DNA of 64,000 bases, from positions 38,612 to 102,611 of IMG/VR virus record IMGVR_UViG_3300014043_000004; one strand, 5' to 3'. Below are positions 14,824 to 28,480 of this stretch, piece by piece (within the stretch, counting starts at the first letter, position 1; each line of letters begins with the position of its first letter). A model generated the notes under the pieces. That model saw only the letters and a program-made list of their open reading frames with translations. It had not been told where the DNA came from and ran no database searches. Source of the stretch: a virus (lineage: Duplodnaviria > Caudoviricetes). Position numbers and translations under genes: made by a program.

Positions 14824-16602
14824 TTATTTAGATGTTTTTTGCTAAGGTTGACCAAATCCTAATAATTCTGGCAACGTTACTGAAAAATCGTATCCTGTAC
14901 CGTTTGTATCTATTCCAGACATGTATACGTCACCTTGTACAGCATCCATAAGTCTCTAGTCTTGTGTATTCGTAACTGGAATACCACTAGTGTCGTTCAC
15001 CTTTCCTGTCTTTTTGTCTACAGTTCCGAGATATCCTGCACGAGGATCGTCTTGTATAGATTTAATGTGACTGTCAAAGTAGAAATCGCCTCCATTTCTA
15101 ACTACAGTTGTTTTGTAAGTCGGAGTTGCTCCGTTTTTAGCATCTAGCTGTACGCCATTTTGTTTACCAACGGTAATCTTTTGTATTCTGAAGTAGTTTT
15201 CATTAGTTGCATCTTTCATATATGCACCATAAACACCTCCGTTAAATGTAACATCAATATAGTCCGCATTTTCGAATAACTTCCTACTAGTAGAACGTTT
15301 AGGTCCTCTAAATCCTGTAGTATTTGAAGTAACTTCTCCTTTCGAATATATTCTATTGGCGTCACTTGGGTATATTCTTATTGTATTATTGTCGACCATA
15401 TTCCATCTTGGAACAGGTTTTCCGTCTACATATTTATAATTAGACCCAACCAAGAAAGAAACTAGCGCAGACGGATCATATTTAACACGTTCGTATCTAT
15501 CTACGAACTGATTTATACCAGAATAAGAACCGCTCTTACCGTTTGTATTCTTACTTACTTGTTTTCCGAATGCTATCTAAGCGTCTCTTTGTGTACTCAA
15601 TATGGCTTTTCCATCAGTACCCCAATCTTGTATAGGTTTCCCGGCAGCGTTTGCGGCAGTATTTCTACGTAAAACTTCCATAAAACTCCACTGCGGTGTA
15701 TTCTGTTGCTAACCGCCGCCTCCTCTAGAAGCTCTTGCCGCTCTCATCCTAGATGCATCTTCTTGTTGCATCTTCCAAAGCTCATTGATTTTTCGGTTTC
15801 TGTGAGTCTTTTCATTATTTGCAGCTACTATATTATTTTTAAACTGCTGCATTATTTGAGCATCTGTAGGATTTACAACTCCTTGTCTCAACAGATCGTT
15901 TTTAGCATTATTATAATGAAAACGTCCAAGATCACTATTCAACAAACCTCCTATAGTATCTGGCGTAAGAGACTGCATCATCTGTTCCGGAGTTATTCCA
16001 TACCAATCGTAATGATCTTTGTCCGTACCTATATATGAATCCTTAATGGCATCAAATATATGAGTAGTAAACTGATTAAGATCTTGATATTCTGCAGGAG
16101 CCGTTCTTGTCCACATACCATCTCTAGCTGTATCCCAGTCTTCCAAGGATCTACCTTTTAGGATCATTCTTTCAAACTCAGGGTTCCATAGACCTTTACT
16201 CTATAATGTAGCTTTGTTCTTAAGATATTCTTTTGCATCAGCGGCACTCTACTTAAGTTGATTAATCTTACCTACAGGCATACTGTTGATCCATCTAGAG
16301 ATAGCAGCTCTACCTTCAGCAGAACGAAGAGGATCTATTCCTTGCGCATACAGATTGTTTATAAGATCTCTAGTAGCACCGGTAACTTCCTGATCGTACC
16401 ATTCCATATCCTTCTATATAGGACTAAAGAAGTCCCCAAAGTTCTTATTGAATTCTTTGAGGTCTTCTCTTCCTTGCATATAGTCTTCTCTCATAGCATT
16501 AACGTAGTTGTTCTATGCTCTTAAGACCATATTTGCCATAGTCGGATCAAATATCTATCTACTCCCGTACTCAACGGGTTTTTCTAATCCTAATATAACC
16601 AT
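14824..16602 (-). CDS. Virion cargo/ejection protein (592 aa, TAG read-through)
   Basis: Fragments 14956..15453 and 15709..16167 are in frame; ATG 16602, TAA 14824; lies between cargo protein 1 and the RNAP as in crAss-like phages. Confidence 0.7.
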
Positions 16603-16604
16603 AA

Positions 16605-19145
16605 TTAAAATCCAAACATTCTTAAAAGTTGATCCATTCCTATATTATTACTCGGAGTAGCATTTTTCAATAACCGATTATGTCTTTGTTTCGCTTTTAT
16701 GTATTCCTTTGAAGCCGGACCTCCCTTTTTTCGAACAACCTCTTTGGGAAATAATCCGTTTGGAGTTTGGTACACTGTATCTCCTTTGTTTGTAATCATC
16801 TTCGTAGAATATTCGTCGCTACCGATACCAAACAGATTGTCCGGTTGGATTTCCTCATAAAATTGCCCCAAAGTTGATCCTCGTGATACAAATCCTCCTT
16901 TTCCGTCTTTGTATCCTATTGGAGCGTATTTTGTGTATTTTGGATTTCTTAATATTCCAGGCATACTTAGCGTTGGCGTATTAAAACTACCGTATGCATT
17001 CCACAATCCGTCCGGTCTATACATTCCCCAATTAAGGAACATCGGATGTGTATTCTCGACAGCTTCCTTTGCAGCTTTATCGTACGCCGCCTGTCTGTCA
17101 AGTCTATCTTGCATAGCATTAGCTAATGTAGCTTGAGCATTAACTTTATCGTTTTCAACCTGTTGATTATACAACTTAAGCATAGCGTTCTGATAGTCTT
17201 CAGATCTATTAAACTGTCTAACGCCCATAATATCACTAGCAAGATCGGCAAGTGCTGTAAGACCATTCTTTTCGTATTGAGCCATCCAACCTTCTTTAGC
17301 TGCATTCTGCTGTTGCTGCCACTGGAATCTACGAATGTTATCGTTGATTAATGCTTCTTGTTCTCTAGCACCATATTCAGCAAGTGCACTAGCATGCGCT
17401 GCACGATATTTGTTATCGGCATCTTGCTGTGCTATTCTAATCTTACCCAGAGAGTCAAGGTATCCCTGATAATTTGTATTTCTTAGTATAGCTTGTCCAC
17501 CAGCACCAAGTCCAGCCATTCTATTAGCCTGGAAGTTGGCTTGGTTGTAAGCCCTTCTTGCGTCTGTTAAATACTGTGTAGGATCAAATCTAAGTTGTGC
17601 TAATTCATTCAAAGCTTGTGCTCCTGCTGCGTTGTTTACGTATGTACTAGGAGCATGTGTATCAGCATATTTAGCTCTATTATACTAATTCCAGCTAGCG
17701 CCCATTGCTGCTAAATGAGGTATTGCAGACATTAAGTAATCTGTGCCTCTCCAGAATCCTGGCAACTTGCCGTTCTTATATTTCTTCATGTCGTTTTGAT
17801 TGTTTTCAGTCATCTATAAAGCTGATTGTTCTTTTTCTAATTCGTTTAGCTGCCAATTTTTAAGGTTCTCTGATGCATTGCTCTTCAATACTGCCTAAGC
17901 CTTCTTAGAAATACCATCTTTTTTCGTGTAGACTACATTTGAGTCTCCTGGTTTTACAGTTGAGTATACATTGTCTTTATTTCCTTTACCTGGTACAACA
18001 GCCCAGTTTGATGTTTCTTTATTTAGAACAGTCTCTCCGGGCATTAGTTTTGAAGTAGGAACTCCGAGGTTTATATTGTTTTTTGCGTTTACATCAAACA
18101 ACATTCTTGGGATGTTTATATTATCTCCTTTCTTAGAGTTCATTGGGCCATAAGCATTCTTACCTTCAGCAGCAGTTGCTACACCTTGTCTGTCGCTAAA
18201 CTCTGCAGCAACATCTTTAGACTTAGCTACAGCTTCTTGCTATCTATTATACATGGCTATGTTGTCATTAGCTAAAGATATTTGTCTACGAACTTCATCT
18301 TCATTGTCTCCCCAGCCAAACAAACTACCGAGACCACCTACAAGCAATCCTACCCCAGCACCAATAGCTGCACCCAAAGGACCACCAACACTACCTAATG
18401 CGCCAGTAGATGCCAATAAACCTCCAAGACTTGCACCAGTACCAATAGCATTCATGCCAAACCCGAGTTGTTTAGCTCTGGTATTTGCATTCTCATAAGC
18501 AATTTCTTGACCAGCATTCACGCCGTTGTAATTTGTATAAGAATTGCCCATGTCGGTAGTTATATGTTGTCTACCAACATTAGCCATCATATCGCCAGCA
18601 TTTCTATGGTCTCCGAATCCTGCAATTTGATTAGCCATTGTATAACCACCAATAGCGGTGCCAATTCCAGCCAAGGCTTTTCCTCCGATGTTTTGCATGA
18701 AATTTTTAAAACCTCCACCAGTACTACCAAGTAGGTTTGGATTTGTTGAAACGGCACCACCGTTACCCATGACTACTTGAGTTCCAGCTGGAGCTGAAGA
18801 CAATCCTTGTATTCCATAAGAACTCAATCCTGCTGCTGCACTGTTCATACTTGAAGCAACACTTGCTATTGTATTTGTAGCAGTTTGCGCTGTTTGGTTT
18901 GCAGCGTTATACATTTTTAAATTCTCTGTGATATACGGAGTCTGCTATGTAATGTATCCTAGTGCGTTTGGTAAAGCACTCTTACGTACCGCTTGTGTTT
19001 CTGGATCTAAGCTCATATTCTGCTCAGTATCAAATTTAACATTACCTATCCCGCGCGCCTGCTAGTAACCCAAGTCGATAGGTTTCATTGTACCTAATGC
19101 ATACTTAGGTAGTCTTTTGTATAAATGTCTTTTATTCTTTTTCAT
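16605..19145 (-). CDS. Cargo protein 1-like ejection protein with glycine-zipper membrane segment (846 aa, TAG read-through)
   Basis: Fragments 16605..17612, 17895..18143 and 18240..18914 are in one frame with only TAG between them; hydrophobic GASLGGLLASTGALGSVGGPLGAAIGAGVGLLVGG; directly downstream of the muzzle gene. Confidence 0.75.
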
Positions 19146-19146
19146 A

Positions 19147-22100
19147 TCAACTATAAGATTGTCTAAACTTTGTTATTACGTGAGATATTGTAGTGTATTG
19201 CGTAGGAGTATCGTAATTCATGTTTACTCGCATCCACTTACCTCTGAGCCTGTTACCCCAACCAGCATTGTCGCCAAATCTAGGTATGTTATACACTATA
19301 TTACCCTCTCTGTCTGTATAAGCTTTTATCGAATTATCTGTCTTATTTATATCAGTCTCAAACGACAATTCACCGCTTGCATCTTCAAAGAACGACGTAT
19401 GATCTTCTGGCATAGTAGCCACCCAGTCTTTCCGCTTTATAGAAGTGAGCTGTTGTGAATCAAATACTTTTGTAGTAGATGCTGACGGATTTACAACAAA
19501 ACTCAGCATCATTGGAGACATAAATTCTACAGAAGGTTTTAGGTGATTGTATTTAGTAATACTGCCTGAATTATAACCGTATATGTGATTTTGTACGGTA
19601 ATTATGTCTTCGTAACGTCTTGTATATATAGATGTAGCAATATTCAACTTAAGATTAAATATCATCTGATCTCCACCTTCCAGACACTTACATAATAATT
19701 CATTGTTCTACAGATCATAATCTACACGAGGTATTTCGGTACTCATCTTAGCATTTAAGATGTTCTGAACATTTAATCGTTCTCCGATATTTACACACTC
19801 GTTAGCAGATCCACCAACAACAGCTTTATTGTTTACATCTACCCAGTATACACCATTCTCAGCACTTGTAGCACAGAAGTCATACAACCGCATGCCATAC
19901 TTCGTACTTATGTAGTCATTACGTGATAGAATACCAGCTTGACCAAGCATGATAGTATTACCATTAGTATCGTTGATAAGTGAACGCTCGTTAACACTAA
20001 ATTTACCAAAGGCTGTGTCTTGCCAGTAGTACAATGTATTCTTATCTGTAAGGAGATTTGTTATCTCTCCGTACTTAGGATCTACATCAATGTATGCAGC
20101 TGGTTTAAATATTACAAAGTTGTCTACGTATTCGCCATTTGTCTTTGGTTCTGAATAGTATGTACGCTGCTTAAACTGATTATCTTCAGGCTTTTCTACA
20201 ACTAAGGTAAATACATCATTGGACTCATCGTTGGCAGAGTATATTTGATTATATTGATGTACAGGTCTGTCTTGTGTAGTAACGCCATCGATAGATCCTG
20301 GCTCCGTCATCAGGTTTGCACTATTAGTATTCAGCAGATTCATACCATAATCAAAGAACGTATTAACTTTTGATTCTAGTGGTACATAGTTGGTTATCTA
20401 CATTGACTGTAACGTATCGTATGACATAAAATCATACGTCTTATACATAGTAGACAACTCTTGTGGTGTTATATAAATGTCGCCGTCGAATACGGTCATC
20501 GTAGTATCCTCAGTTCCGTCGTTATGTATAACTTTATAGTTGTTTTTAGAACCTTCTAGTTTAAAAAAGTTTCCAAATCCGAAATACTGTATGAATTCGT
20601 CTGGCTCGTTTTTTATATCACTAATTTGGTGTTGTAGATTACATATTACTGTCTAGCATTGATTGTTCCTAGACTTTAATGCATTTTCATTTTCGTTTTC
20701 CACTGTCATCAGAAAACATGACGTACCAGGACCTATCCATCCTCTACGTTCTCCAAATCCAAGCTTTACGCCATCACTGTAGAAAGACGTATTTCTATTC
20801 CTAATTTCTTTCGGCGCTCCGCTAATAAATTGTGCAGCACCACCGGCTGTTGCATTTGCTTGAATGTCTTTTTGCCCAATCTTACAGTCGTACAAAGCGA
20901 AAGATATCCAATTGTTGAATGTAAATTGATCAATACTTGTTTCAAACTGTTTGTATTTTTTAATACCGCCAGCTGCGATTTCTGCATTATCTTCACTAGG
21001 GTCTAAGTTTGAAAACCCGTCCATCCATTGTGGCAGTTTTACATCTTTTATTGATTTTACGTTGTACTCTTCTCCACCGCCAAATTCTGTTATATGGTAC
21101 AGCGGGAATATCAACTTCTAACTCGTCTTCGAATCTGCGTCTTGTAATATAGACCACCTGTATATATGTCCGTTATTTACAAATCCTGGTAATCTGAATG
21201 CTTGTCGGCTAAGTTCTCCTGGTACAAGAAGAGAACCAAAACTCTGTTGAACAGATCCATCTCCACCAAGCTGATTTATGATAGAGTTGTTATATCCCAA
21301 AGAACTAGTGTCGTTAGATATACTGCAATAATACAACGGCGTCGCAACTAGAGTATTCTATTTTAGCACAGACATCACATCGTCTCTTCTAAAATCTATT
21401 TCAGATGAGAATATCTGGAATAAGTTTTTATTATCGAAAGAATTTGCAATAAAGTGATGATGTTGTGGGTATAGTACGTGCGTTTGATCAGAATCCCATT
21501 CACTGTTAGATGTCGTTCCGTTTTTAGCTCCGTAGTCTACTCGAAACATATCCCATGGCACCTGGTCATCATTATAAAAATACATTCCAGGACCTATAGA
21601 AGTATCATCAGACCACATAAAACCTGTAGGGTAATAAGGCGATTCTTTTTTAGCATCAGATGGAGCTGTAAAGCCCCAACTATCCAAAATATCTCCCATG
21701 TTACTTATTTCTACATTGTAAAGATCTTGTTTTATTGGTCTAGCCAAAGCAACTTGAAGCAGTGTTTTTTGGTATATTGATTTAGAAGATCTTCTTACGA
21801 TCTAACAACCTATTATGTCATCAACGTCTGGCTGAGGCAACGTTATCTTTACACCATATATGTTTGCAGTAAGTCTTTGATTTTCTATCTAGAACGTTGG
21901 CTTAGCGTTACTTATCTTTGGTACAGTAACACCAGGTGCTTCATTTTCTATCCGAATAGTAGTACCCTAGAACGTTGAAGGTGTCCAACCTGTTATCTCG
22001 TGGACATTTGTATGTCTTCCGTATTTATCATAGTATACAATCCCGTATACATAATCTTCTCCGCGTCTCAGTGAACGAAGCAAGCTGGATGTAAATATGT

Positions 22101-23337
22101 TGTTGTAAGAATTTTTTACGATTCCAGGATTTACATTTCTGTCTTGTAAATATTTTGTTACAGCTTCGTCTGAAAAATTGCTTTGATTGTGAGTAGGTAC
22201 CTTGTCCAACGTATTAGAGATAATAACCTTTGTCTACGTCGTCTCTATATTCTCTCCAGAATACGTCACGTTTTGTATTATAGTATCATCCTTTACGTTC
22301 GACGCAAACATGTATTGCTAATTCTGTTCAATTATCTTAGGTATGATAACCATACCAGACATTGCAGCAAACTCCTACATTGTAAGTTCTTGTAATGGCG
22401 TAGTACCTACGTCGTTAAAAGAAAACGATTCTTTTTCAGTATCTATGTCTCCGTCGTATATGAGCTCAACGTGAGCGTCTTCTCCTGGTACGACATAAGA
22501 CAGTCTGTATATCTGTAATCTATTATATGCTTTAAAATCTTTTACGTTTCTTATTTTCAACGTAAAACCTACAGAAGTTATAGTGTCTTGTGCGTTACCT
22601 GTTTCTTTAGATCTATTTGAATCTATAACCTAAATTTTATTTGTAAGCGGTGCAAGTTGTGTAGTAATACCAAATTTGTTGTAATACCTATATGTATACT
22701 GTACTTGAGAAGTCTTTAATGATCCGTCTACTACTGCATCTATGTATACAGGATGTGTAGGTAATATTCTGTTATTTATAAACTTATCTACTTCTTGTTG
22801 CCCATCATACGCCTTTGTGCCGTCCACTCTAATCTCTATTATTGGATATACACCAGTAGCTATATACAACTTGATTACACCCTCAAGTTCTTGATACATT
22901 ACTGTAGATACTGATTGTACATCTTCAAACTAGTCTTTTAGTTTTGACGGTATATCACAACTCCACCAGTCTTTAAATCCTTTTGTGTATACAGAATCTT
23001 TATTGTCAATGACAGCTTTATAAACATGCAGTGCGTTTTTTGTTTTGGTTATTACTACGGCAATATCATTTATGCTGTCAGATCCTAAAAACACACCTTC
23101 AATATCATCGCCTTCCGTAAACTAGCACACGTCACCTTTTGGTAGTGGAGACACTATACCTTCGTGTACGGACGAAAAATTATTACCGTTTATGTCTCCT
23201 TCAATGAAATCATTCTTTGTAATACGGATGTTTTTACCGTATACATACGACTGATTATCTACCTGATCGTATGTAGTATCGGAATTCATTCCTTTTACAA
23301 AAGCGTTTATCTGCGAATTGTTTTCATTAATAACCAT
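19147..23337 (-). CDS. Tail muzzle / stabilisation protein (1396 aa, TAG read-through)
   Basis: Nine in-frame fragments; N-terminal NAFVKGMNSD motif typical of crAss stabilisation proteins; TGA at 19147; size and synteny fit. Confidence 0.82.
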
Positions 23338-24190
23338 TGTAGTAATCGTCGTAAATTAATTCTCGTTTGTTTATATCTTTATAGAATCTGTCTCCAGACT
23401 CAAATTCAGGCATTAACCTGTTCCATTCGTTCTGTATAGCACGCATATCGTCCGCAGTAGGCATCATGGCTTCAGCGTAAGCTTGGTTTCTGTAGAAGTT
23501 CCACTACTGTTGTATATACGTATACATATTCTGTCCAGCGCTTACTCCTTTGCCTCCTAAAGTACCTTTCATCCACTTAGAGAACGAAAGTTTCATGACA
23601 ACATACCAATATATAGCTTCCTAGTATGAAGTAAGGTCTGGTATTAAAGGATATCCTCTTTCATCTACAGCTATTGCTTTATATGCAAGCTTAACGAACC
23701 CTTTGCTCTTGTTCGTAACCAACCAACCGGGCTTAATGAAGTACTCTGGCTTATTGTGACCGTTTATAACAGCCTTCTCAAAGAATCTCATGTTGTTCTC
23801 TGTATAAAACTATGACTGTGAAGTAATAGCCTTATAGCGCATTGGCTGATGTGGTTCTAATGGTTTATTATGTCTCTTATTAGGTTCCCTAAATATACTA
23901 GTAGTAACTGTCATTGGAACCCACGGTCCCTTTGGGGATTCTGAAAAAGCCACTCCGTCTAACACTACCAGGTCGTCCGGAAGCGGAACTTGATTGTCTT
24001 GTATTTGTAAGAGAGGGAACTCTTCAGTTCCACCCTCCTTTTTGATATACTGCATAGGAGCACCAATCTTGTCCACGGCTTCGAATATCCACTCTTTTAT
24101 ATCCGAGGTTCTCTATCTGACCTCTGTGGAATCTAAATCAGCCATGATCTTTGCAATGACTGATTCACACCTTGTATAATTGTATATCAT
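23327..24190 (-). CDS. Tail ring (tubular) protein 1 (287 aa, TAG read-through)
   Basis: MIYNYTRCESVIAKIMADLD... extends 23810..24076 to TAA 23327; immediately upstream of the muzzle gene. Confidence 0.72.
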
Positions 24191-24608
24191 TTATGTCTAA
24201 ATAATCGTGTTTGTTAAATATTAGTTGAGCTAATCTTCGTTTATTTTGTCTAACCAGACCTAACTAATACTTGTATCTGTCTGGGAACGTTCTCGGTATT
24301 TTAGACCAGTATAATCTAAACTTATATCCATCCGAGTGTTCATTTAAATGGTATATCTTTTTGTTATACTCTTTACTAGCTCTGTAGTCTACTGATAGGG
24401 ATGTCTGTGTAAGTGACTTAGGTCTATATTTACCTACCTAAATAAACCCTAGTCCATAAGGCATTTTAAAGCCCTCTGAGCGCTCTAGCACGTGTTCTAG
24501 GATTACTTTACACATCTCGTCTAATATCGTCCTGAAGAGGCTGTAATCCACCTCTATGGGCATTGTACGGTACATATCCCTAAAAGTATAGGATTTCTTA
24601 CTCTTCAT
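24165..24608 (-). CDS. IHF/HU-like basic protein conserved in crAss-like phages (147 aa, missing from ORF track)
   Basis: Manual translation MKSKKSYTFRDMY...FKMPYGLGFI(Q)VGKY...YHLNEHSDGYKFRLYWSK; only TAG interruptions; TGA 24165. Confidence 0.65.
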
Positions 24609-25350
24609 CGTCTTGTGGTCCGTGTGGTTTTACGCTAGCTAATGTAGCGTTGTTACTATCGTCACTAGGTCTGTTAAGCATAAACGGTAGTTCGTTCTTC
24701 ATTATACGCTCTTTGATTGGCGGTACAATCCATGCCGGATACAGTACGTCATCTTCTTCGTCGTTATTATCATCGTCCTCATCATCTATTTCATTCTCAT
24801 ATAACGCAAGAACGTAGATATAATTTAACTCGTCTCCGTCCACAAGTCCCTAAACATAAACATGACCGTCGTCTTTATAATACGCGGTCATATCTCCAAA
24901 TGTATACTTTCTATGATAGTGGTAATGGCGACGTATATGGTTCATATACTGTATATTCTCGCCATCTTGATCGTGTATTGCTAATATGCTACTTTCTGCA
25001 TTATTCAATACATCGAGCCCTGCTGCTTCTGACAGAGTCTACTTAGTCCTTTTAGTGTTCTCAGGCCAGTGTGGATCTTCTTCTAGATCTGTAGGTCTCT
25101 CAAGTTCCATAGGACCTGTTTCTTTTCTTTCTATAAACTCATCATCTATCAGTTCGTCCCAACTTATTCTACCAAGCCGAGCAAGTTCCTTTCTACGATC
25201 TTTTTCCTCTTTCCATATTATACGAGCATAGGCTTTTACCCAGGAATGAATCTAAGCTCTAGAAAGGTCCTCACTTTCGCTTATGTAGTTGTTTCTTACC
25301 AAGAGAAGTATATCATCTGTTATTTCTTTAAGTGAAATTTTCTTTATCAT
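24598..25350 (-). CDS. Tail ring protein 2 (250 aa, TAG read-through)
   Basis: MIKKISLKEITDDILLLVRNNYISESEDLSRA(Q)I... in frame with 24598..24843; ATGA overlap with upstream gene. Confidence 0.68.
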
Positions 25351-26012
25351 TTTTTATCAGTTGATTCAACAATTCTTACATCTTCACTCTTTAACAGATC
25401 GTTTGTATTTACTATTTCGTACTTATACTTAGTAACTTTCTTAAAGTCGAATGTAAACAAACGTTTTAAGAAGCTTTTCTTGTTCTTATACTCTCGTTTT
25501 GAGAATATATAGAGGTATTGGGTGTTCTTAAGATCTATTCCAACGCTTACAGTATCTTTACCTATCGTATAGTGTACAGTAGTTAAATCATTGTATTTAA
25601 TACTATCGTTGTATACTGTATCTTTAATAATCTTAGATAGATCCCCCTATACCCCCTTACTCTCTTTAACGAGTAAGACCTGCGTTTGAGTTGCAGCAGT
25701 ACTTATTTGTTTAGATTTAATCTTCAATTCTTTACGTACACTATCTATATTGTGCAGCAATTTATCGTTCTGCTGCTGTAGCTCTTCGATGTCCAGCCTT
25801 AAAACATTATTAGCCTACTAGGATCCGGCTAGCGAACCCTAATAGGCCTCAATGTTATTCTAAGCCATTTCCAGGCTTTCTGACAGCTTTTTATTCTGCT
25901 TGCTTAGAGTTATCCCCCAAGCTAACAAAAGCCCAACAGAGAGGCCTAAAACGGCCTTAAACAGGCTTTTACGATTTGCTACTATCCAGTTTATTATTGT
26001 TAGTATGCCCAT
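25347..26012 (-). CDS. Putative i-spanin (N-terminal TM helix + coiled coil; 221 aa, 5 TAG; missing from ORF track)
   Basis: MGILTIINWIVANRKSLFKAVLGLSVGLLLAWGITL...NKKLSESLEMA(Q)NNIEAY(Q); follows the holin; TGA 25347. Confidence 0.62.
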
Positions 26013-26487
26013 CGTTTATTTCAATTTCCATTCCTATGTGATCTTCACCTTTCTTCTTGAGGAATCTTCCTAATGCTCTCCATGGTCCTTTTGGGTCTAG
26101 AGTGTTCAAATTCTCTAATATAGACCACAATTCTGTAAGACCTATGATTATAGTAGCACCTCCAGTGAGTACAAACACACCTTCACTGCCAAGCACTGCA
26201 AATTCCAATAAACGAGCTAACGATATTATCGTAAACTCATCAAACAGTTTAGTTATTGTTCCCTTCCAATTTTTATGACTCTCTATCTTCTTTTTAAATC
26301 TACATGCTACTTTTATGCCATAAAACATATCTACAGCAGTAAACACAAAACAAGCAACAAGCAATAATGCAATTGGAGAATAAAACGCGGTTAAAAAGCT
26401 CCCTATAGCAATAGCGGCTTTGCCCCACCAGGTTCCAAATGAAAACCCGTTAAACATTCTTCCTATCGATTGTATTATTGGCAGCAT
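25969..26487 (-). CDS. Phage holin
   Basis: Three hydrophobic segments, ELWSILEN motif of holin family 4, basic C-terminal region. Confidence 0.8.
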   Translation of the reverse strand: MLPIIQSIGRMFNGFSFGTWWGKAAIAIGSFLTAFYSPIALLLVACFVFTAVDMFYGIKVACRFKKKIESHKNWKGTITKLFDEFTIISLARLLEFAVLGSEGVFVLTGGATIIIGLTELWSILENLNTLDPKGPWRALGRFLKKKGEDHIGMEIEINDGHTNNNKLDSSKS

Positions 26488-26489
26488 AG

Positions 26490-27365
26490 TTAGTCCCCCT
26501 CATACCAGCTTGTTATAGGACTTACGTCCACGTTAATAACTGAATTATCGTTTCTCCGTAGACGAACGTCGTTGTCGCTGTAATGACCAGATACAACGTA
26601 TACGTCCTGCAACTGATTTAAGTTGGAGTCGCTGTTTATTTCAATCTGAACCGGACTGTCTGTAGCATCTTTAGAATCTTTTACAATCTCGAATACGTTA
26701 TTATAGTTTACAGTAACTGTTCGAAGATTGTTGTTATACCCAGGATCAAAGACTTTTGCTACAATTACAAGCTGATATACACCTTCTGTAAGCTAAGCTT
26801 GTGCAGGGAAGTCTACAATCTTAACTCGGGGATCAGTAGTACTACTAACCGGAGCGAAATATCTTGTATAGTCTGTATCGTGTACAGGCAGACATTCGTT
26901 CCAGTTTGGATGTAAACCAAACCCTTGATATGGTGTATGAACGAATACTCTATTCCTAGCATAACCCATAGAGTGTATATTGTATGCAGTAGGTTCAAAT
27001 TCGTGAACAAATGGTTCAATAGGAAATCTGCCGATGAATCTATTTTTCTTTATAAAAGCTCGCTCAAGGTTTTCACGAAGAGTGGTGTTTATAAAAATGG
27101 CACGTATGGATTGAATGTTAGCGTATTCATTGCTAGCATAATCTGTAGCGCTTGCCCCTGTATATACATTCTGTGGTCTTACGTAGTTATGGTTACCGTC
27201 GTTATATACTTCTGAGAAGTTCAAATATTCATTCTCATCCATATCCTAGAACGCACCACCAACAGGCGTAACAGCACGAGCTTCTAATACAGGAGTATTT
27301 AGCTTAAGCTGAACTTTCAATCTGATGTCGTTGCCTTTTCTAATCTTCATCATTTCCATGTTCAT
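26490..27365 (-). CDS. Virion structural protein, possibly tail hub (TAG read-through; start could be 27350-27365)
   Basis: MKIRKGNDIRLKVQL... in frame with 26793..27242, TAA at 26490; position between auxiliary capsid and ring genes. Confidence 0.55.
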
Positions 27366-27404
27366 AAAAATAAAAAAGCCGAGATGGGCGTTGCCCACCC
27401 CGAC
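27366..27404 (-). terminator. Rho-independent terminator after auxiliary capsid gene
   Basis: GTCGGGGTGGGC-AAC-GCCCATCTCGGC followed by TTTTTTATTTTT on the minus strand. Confidence 0.8.
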
Positions 27405-27412
27405 TTAGTTAA

Positions 27413-28402
27413 TCATTCTACAGTCTTATCAACAATATCACCTGCGAGCAGGTCGAGATACTGCGTGATAGCAGAAGTAGCACCTGTGGTGTAGATCTCA
27501 ACAGACTGCTTTGTCTTGCGGAACAGATCGTCAGCAGTGCGATACATGTTCTCAAACTCGATAGTTACTGAGTTGTACGTGTTACTCAAAACCGTCTCCA
27601 TTGCTGGCTTGATGATAGGCCATGTGCCCTCACCACGGTTCAGAATTCCTTCGTAACCCATAGCCTGAGCTTCACGATCACGAACGAGCTTAGAGCTAGC
27701 TACGTCAGTCTTACCAGGAGTCTTGTCGATAGTAACACCTTTTGGGAAATGCTTGTTGAGAGACTCCCAACCTTCAGCAGCTGGATCAGTATAATAAACG
27801 TTTGCGTTGAAGCGAACCTTATTATACCAGTTGATTGAATCAACAGAGTCGTCATCGTCGTACTTCATTGCCGTAAGTATAACCTTGCTACCATTAACGG
27901 AAGCGACTACGCGAGCACGCTTAGCCTCTTTATTGATCATGTTGGCAATAGATGTAGCAATAGACGTTACCGTGTCACCAGCGGCGGTAACATACTCATA
28001 AGACTCAGTCCATTTGCGGAAACGAGTTGGCAGATCTTTGAAAGTCAAGCGAACGATGATGCGCTTTCCACCAAGAGCAAACAGGTTTACAAGATTTGCA
28101 TCGAGGTTGCTGAAATCGATCTCGATAACATCCTCAGTGTCACCAGCGTTGGTGTGAGCAGCCCAACCTTTAATGTCTGCAACATTGATAATATTAGACC
28201 ACTTAACTTCGGGATAAGAACCTTTATCGTTCTTAATGGTCTTACCGGTACCCATACCAATCTTAAAACGATTAGTAGATGCGCTAGCTACTGCGTTAGC
28301 ATCGATATCCCAGAAAATGAACTGACCCTTCTTAATAGAGTTGAGGGCTGTAGCAACAGTACCAACGTTGCTAACGAATACTGAATTTACGTATGTAATC
28401 AT
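27413..28402 (-). CDS. Auxiliary capsid protein (329 aa)
   Basis: Intact TAG-free ORF with codon usage like the MCP; size and position after ring genes match the crAss auxiliary capsid protein. Confidence 0.65.
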   Translation of the reverse strand: MITYVNSVFVSNVGTVATALNSIKKGQFIFWDIDANAVASASTNRFKIGMGTGKTIKNDKGSYPEVKWSNIINVADIKGWAAHTNAGDTEDVIEIDFSNLDANLVNLFALGGKRIIVRLTFKDLPTRFRKWTESYEYVTAAGDTVTSIATSIANMINKEAKRARVVASVNGSKVILTAMKYDDDDSVDSINWYNKVRFNANVYYTDPAAEGWESLNKHFPKGVTIDKTPGKTDVASSKLVRDREAQAMGYEGILNRGEGTWPIIKPAMETVLSNTYNSVTIEFENMYRTADDLFRKTKQSVEIYTTGATSAITQYLDLLAGDIVDKTVE

Positions 28403-28480
28403 ATTATTTAATTAATTTTTTCTACTCCCCCTATACACTAAGGCTAGACCTAACTAGCTGGGGTTTCCACGTTAAAATTA

